Positions 60,685 through 64,000 of a DNA stretch of 64,000 bases are shown here, one piece after another. Both the position numbers and the translations under genes were made by a program. The stretch lies in assembly GCA_964446575.1 (NCBI GenBank), contig CAYUOX010000062.1, positions 19,871 through 83,870 of the forward strand, read 5' to 3'. Source of the stretch: an uncultured Anaerolineaceae bacterium (lineage in GTDB: Bacteria > Chloroflexota > Anaerolineae > Anaerolineales > DRMV01). The notes under the pieces are model-generated. The model was not told the DNA's origin and ran no database searches. It saw nothing but the letters and a program-made list of their open reading frames with translations. The first letter of the stretch is position 1; each line of letters starts with the position of its first letter.

Positions 60685-61992
60685 ATGACGCGAACTGACC
60701 CTGAACTCCCCGAGGACTTGCGGCCCTATTTCGAGGCCGCGCGCGAACGCATCCCACCGCGGGACCCCGCGCGGGCCGCGGCCGCGCGGCGCGCCTACTT
60801 GGCCCAAGTCGCCGCGTTGGCGGCTTCGGCACCCAACCCAGAACCTCCCACGGTTCGGCGGGCCCCGCGCAGGCTCTGGCTGCGTTGGGCATGGGCCTTG
60901 GCCGTGTTGGTGCTGACCTTGGGCCTTAGCGTGACCACCGTCCAGGCTGCCCAGCACGCGTTGCCCGGATCGCCTCTGTACCCGGTCAAGCGTTGGAGCG
61001 AGGCCGCGCGGCTGGCCTTGACCCGCGACCCTGCCCGGCGGGCCACTCTGCTGCTCACTTTCGCGGAAACCCGGGTGCAAGAGGCGCGCTTGCTGTTGCA
61101 AGAAGGCCGCCTTGACCAAGCCGAGCAAGCGCTGGCCGATTTAGATGCCTACTTGGCCCAACTGGCCGCGCATCCCCCGCGCGCGGCGGGCGAGGCCGTG
61201 CCCCCTGAGTTGGCCACCCTGGAAGAACGCTTCAACGCGGAACTGCTCACCACCGCGGCCTTGGCGCCACCCCCCTTGCGCGAAGACCTGCTGCAAGTCA
61301 TCAATGGCTGGGCCGCACAGCATGCCCAGGCTTTGCAGCATCGGTCCGACGAGTTAACCTTCTTCGTCGGCCCAGTGGATGACATTCAAGGCCAGGTATG
61401 GCGGGTCGGCGATCGTCCAGTCTACATGACCGAAGAGACGCTGATTTATGGCGTGCCCCACGAAGGCGACTTGGTCGAGATTTTGGGCCATGAGAACCCC
61501 GATGGCTCGTGGACGGCGTTGGAAGTGCGCATTGCCGCGCGGCGTCGGGCCCAGCAGAGCACCCAAGTCGAATTTGTCGGCCGTCTGGAGCACCGCGGCC
61601 CCACCCATTGGCAGGTCAACGGCCTGGAACTCACGCTGGCGCCCCAAGCCGACATCGTCGGCGATCCGCAAGAAGGGGAGTGGGTCGAGGTCGCGGCCGT
61701 TTGGGATGCCCGGTTCCAGCAGTGGATCTTGTGGCACGCGGAGCCTGTGGAGCGCATGTATGGCGTCGAGGTGGAATTCTCGGGCCGGCTGACCGCACGC
61801 GAAGGCTCGATTTGGTGGATCGCAGGCTTGCCCGTTGAAGTCACCGAGGCGACCAAGACCACAGGGCCGACGCCTCAAGTGGGCGATTGGGTGGTGGTGC
61901 ACGCCTGGCGCCAGGTGGATGGGTCGCTGTTGGCCGAAGAACTCCATGTTGTGGACGCCGCCGCGCCCGACCCCGACCGCGACGCGCCGTAA
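60685..61992 (+). CDS. putative anti-sigma / membrane protein with three tandem beta-barrel (DUF5666-like) repeats
   Basis: ORF 60685..61992 starts 4 nt after the sigma gene. One TM helix (LWLRWAWALAVLVLTLGL) and a helical region. Three repeats follow the pattern F.G.(L/V)......W.(V/I).G..V........(G)....GD/EWVEV. Confidence 0.55.
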   Translation: MTRTDPELPEDLRPYFEAARERIPPRDPARAAAARRAYLAQVAALAASAPNPEPPTVRRAPRRLWLRWAWALAVLVLTLGLSVTTVQAAQHALPGSPLYPVKRWSEAARLALTRDPARRATLLLTFAETRVQEARLLLQEGRLDQAEQALADLDAYLAQLAAHPPRAAGEAVPPELATLEERFNAELLTTAALAPPPLREDLLQVINGWAAQHAQALQHRSDELTFFVGPVDDIQGQVWRVGDRPVYMTEETLIYGVPHEGDLVEILGHENPDGSWTALEVRIAARRRAQQSTQVEFVGRLEHRGPTHWQVNGLELTLAPQADIVGDPQEGEWVEVAAVWDARFQQWILWHAEPVERMYGVEVEFSGRLTAREGSIWWIAGLPVEVTEATKTTGPTPQVGDWVVVHAWRQVDGSLLAEELHVVDAAAPDPDRDAP

Positions 61993-62135
61993 ACCACGGC
62001 CCAGCCCCGGTGCCCCATCGCGCACCGCGTGCCCAGACCCGCCCCCTACGGGCGAATGCCTCACCCCGCGCGGAACGGTATAATTCCCTTCGGCCGTGCC
62101 AGGCCAACCCATCCCTTGTTGTGTGAGGTGTGCTC

Positions 62136-63005
62136 ATGCCCGCGACTTGGAACTACATCCATCCCGCCACCGATTGGGGGGAGCCGGTCAAGGCCTACCG
62201 TGACATCACGTACTACAAAGCCCAGGGCGTGGCCCGCATCGCGTTCAATCGCCCTGAGGTGCGCAACGCGTTTCGCCCCGAGACCATCGACGAGATGCTG
62301 GACGCGTTTCGAGATGCTTGGCTGGACACGAGCATCGGCACTGTGCTCCTGACGGGCGAAGGCCCCTCGCCCAAGGACGGCGGTTGGGCGTTTTCGGCCG
62401 GTGGGGATCAGCGGGTGCGAGGCAAGGGCGGCTATGAGGGTGGCTACGAACTCCCGCGGCTGCACGTGCTGGAACTGCAGCGTATGATTCGCTTCATGCC
62501 CAAGGTGGTCATTGCGGTGGTGCCCGGCTGGGCGGTGGGTGGGGGGCACAGCCTGCATGTGGTCTGCGACCTCACGATTGCCAGCCGAGAGCACGCCCGC
62601 TTTCAGCAGGCCGACGCCCGAGTCGCCAGTTTCGACGCGGGCTATGGCTCGGCTTACTTGGCTCGGCACATTGGCCAAAAGCGAGCCCGCGAGGTCTTCT
62701 TTTTGGAGAAGGTCTATACGGCTGAAGAAGCCTATCGCATGGGCATGGTCAACGCGGTGGTGCCCCATGCGGAATTGGAAAAAGTGGCCTTTGAATGGGC
62801 CCAAACCATCAACCGCAAGAGCCCGATGAGCATCCGTTTCCTTAAATACGCGTTCAATTTGGTGGACGATGGCTTGGTGGGCCAGCAACTCTTCGCGGGC
62901 GAAGCAACCCGTTTGGCCTACATGACCGATGAGGCCCAAGAAGGGCGGGACGCCTTTTTGGAGAAGCGTGCCCCGCGCTTTGATCAGTTCCCGCGCTGGC
63001 CGTGA
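62136..63005 (+). CDS. menB: 1,4-dihydroxy-2-naphthoyl-CoA synthase
   Basis: Track ORF starts at GTG 62130; ATG at 62136 lies 5 nt after GTGAGGTG. Contains RIAFNRPEVRNAFRP, FSAGGDQRVRG, VPGWAVGGGHSLHVVCDLTIAS and AFLEKRAPRF. Confidence 0.9.
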   Translation: MPATWNYIHPATDWGEPVKAYRDITYYKAQGVARIAFNRPEVRNAFRPETIDEMLDAFRDAWLDTSIGTVLLTGEGPSPKDGGWAFSAGGDQRVRGKGGYEGGYELPRLHVLELQRMIRFMPKVVIAVVPGWAVGGGHSLHVVCDLTIASREHARFQQADARVASFDAGYGSAYLARHIGQKRAREVFFLEKVYTAEEAYRMGMVNAVVPHAELEKVAFEWAQTINRKSPMSIRFLKYAFNLVDDGLVGQQLFAGEATRLAYMTDEAQEGRDAFLEKRAPRFDQFPRWP

Positions 63006-63012
63006 GCCCGGC

Positions 63013-63462
63013 TCAACCTGAGGCCGCGCGCGCATAGAGGGGCACGCGGCGCGGATACGGCGCGTCGAAATAAGGCGATGCAATCAAAAAGTCAGCCGAC
63101 GAACGGTTGGTCGCGGTGGGGATGTTCCACACCTGGGCCATGCGCAATAGGGCTTTGACATCCGGATCGTGCGGGTGGGGCTCCAGCGGGTCCCAAAAGA
63201 AAATCAGGATGTGGATCTCACCTGTGGCGATACGCGCGCCAATCTGCTGATCACCACCCAAGGGGCCGCTCAGCATGCGCTGGATGGGTAGGCCCAGCGC
63301 GCGTTGCAACCGTTGCCCGGTGGTGCCTGTGGCATAGAGGTGATGGCGGGCCAATGTCTCGCGATGGGCGCGGGCCCAATCGAGCAGATCGTCCTTCATG
63401 TTGTCATGGGCCACCAGCGCGATGTGCTTGCGCTCGGGGAGGGGAAGAAGACGGAAGGCCAT
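63013..63462 (-). CDS. mgsA: methylglyoxal synthase
   Basis: Track ORF 63013..63684; ATG at 63462. [38 protein letters not shown] and [20 protein letters not shown]. Confidence 0.9.
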   Translation of the reverse strand: MAFRLLPLPERKHIALVAHDNMKDDLLDWARAHRETLARHHLYATGTTGQRLQRALGLPIQRMLSGPLGGDQQIGARIATGEIHILIFFWDPLEPHPHDPDVKALLRMAQVWNIPTATNRSSADFLIASPYFDAPYPRRVPLYARAASG

Positions 63463-63729
63463 GGGTGCGCTCCTGGTGGGTAGTCGGGTCTTGGCGATGA
63501 CCCCAGTATACCCCGAAGGGCGGCGCGGCCCCGTTGGACTTGGTGCCCCAGCGGCGGTTGGCGCGGCGGCGGTCGGCAGGAGCGCGCCATCTGGTCGGCC
63601 AGGGCCGCAGCCCACGGGGTTGGGCCAAAAAGCCCTGTTTTTGGGGCAGGTCAGCGGCTTGTTTCGGCGCGCGCGGTGGTACAATTATTGGCCCGTGCAG
63701 TCTTGATTCTTTGTTTCGCGGAGGCCCAC

Positions 63730-64000
63730 ATGACCGCGTCCCCCGCGCCGGAGAACTCACCCTGGGCTCGTGTGTTTGCAGTGGCCGGCCTGATCGGCTT
63801 GGCCATTGTCATTTTCTTGGCCATCCCGCGCGAGCAAGAAGAGGGCGAAGAGCGTGGCTTTTTCGGCAGCCTACCGGGGCTGCTGTTGCCCGCGCCGACC
63901 TATACGCCTGTGGTGACCCCGACGGTGCCCACGACGCCCACGCCGGCGCCGGCCGCGACCCAAGCCGAGCCCACGGCCACCGTGACCGAGGCGGCCGAGG
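63730..64000 (+). CDS. hypothetical membrane-anchored protein with PT-rich region (5' partial, runs off window)
   Basis: ATG at 63730 opens a frame with no stop to the window end: MTASPAPENSPWARVFAVAGLIGLAIVIFLAI... followed by a Pro/Thr-rich stretch. It is not in the track because it has no stop codon. Confidence 0.45.
   Translation, partial: MTASPAPENSPWARVFAVAGLIGLAIVIFLAIPREQEEGEERGFFGSLPGLLLPAPTYTPVVTPTVPTTPTPAPAATQAEPTATVTEAAE

Noticed and set aside
1-64000. Mobile elements, prophage, genomic-island boundaries, tRNA/rRNA genes
   Set aside because: I saw no transposase, integrase, phage-structural or tRNA-like sequences. The only marked composition shifts are short AT-richer intergenic control regions. 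A proper tRNAscan/IS search was not possible here.

Overview
GC-rich bacterial chromosomal segment with no rRNA, tRNA, CRISPR array, transposase or integrase that I could recognise. All product calls rest on motifs read from the six-frame translations; no database search was run. I call 58 protein-coding genes, most with a Shine-Dalgarno-like GGAGG box, plus several promoters, terminators and repeats read directly from the DNA. The track treats GTG and TTG as starts, so I moved many starts to a downstream ATG with an RBS.

Gene content is mostly housekeeping: F420 cofactor genes (npdG, cofE), mscL, a Crp/Fnr regulator, class II HMG-CoA reductase, moaA, ppdK, groES-groEL, livHMGF, lepB, htrA, ychF, fhs, argC, mutL, menB and mgsA. 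An Alternative Complex III cluster, F420 genes, NBR1-FW domain proteins, Pro/Thr-rich linkers and membrane-tethered cytochromes together suggest a Chloroflexota-like, probably monoderm, organism. That assignment is inference only.

The most interesting content is respiratory:
- A minus-strand neighbourhood (16954..27492) places a 12-haem tail-anchored cytochrome, a TPR protein, ACIII (actA, split actB1/actB2, actC, actD, actE) and a lipoprotein cytochrome c together.
- A separate module pairs an octahaem tetrathionate-reductase-like cytochrome with a b-type cytochrome (54765..57119).
- The two multihaem loci share an exact bipartite DNA motif (CATGAGTCA and CCCTGGAGGG, 6 nt apart) in their upstream regions.

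Other notable items are three tandem NBR1-FW paralogs, a structured repeat, hairpin and G-quadruplex region upstream of ychF, a perfect 23-bp palindrome carrying back-to-back -10 boxes, and several tandem paralog pairs of unknown function. Many long ORFs in the track are antisense or off-frame artefacts of the high GC content and are rejected.
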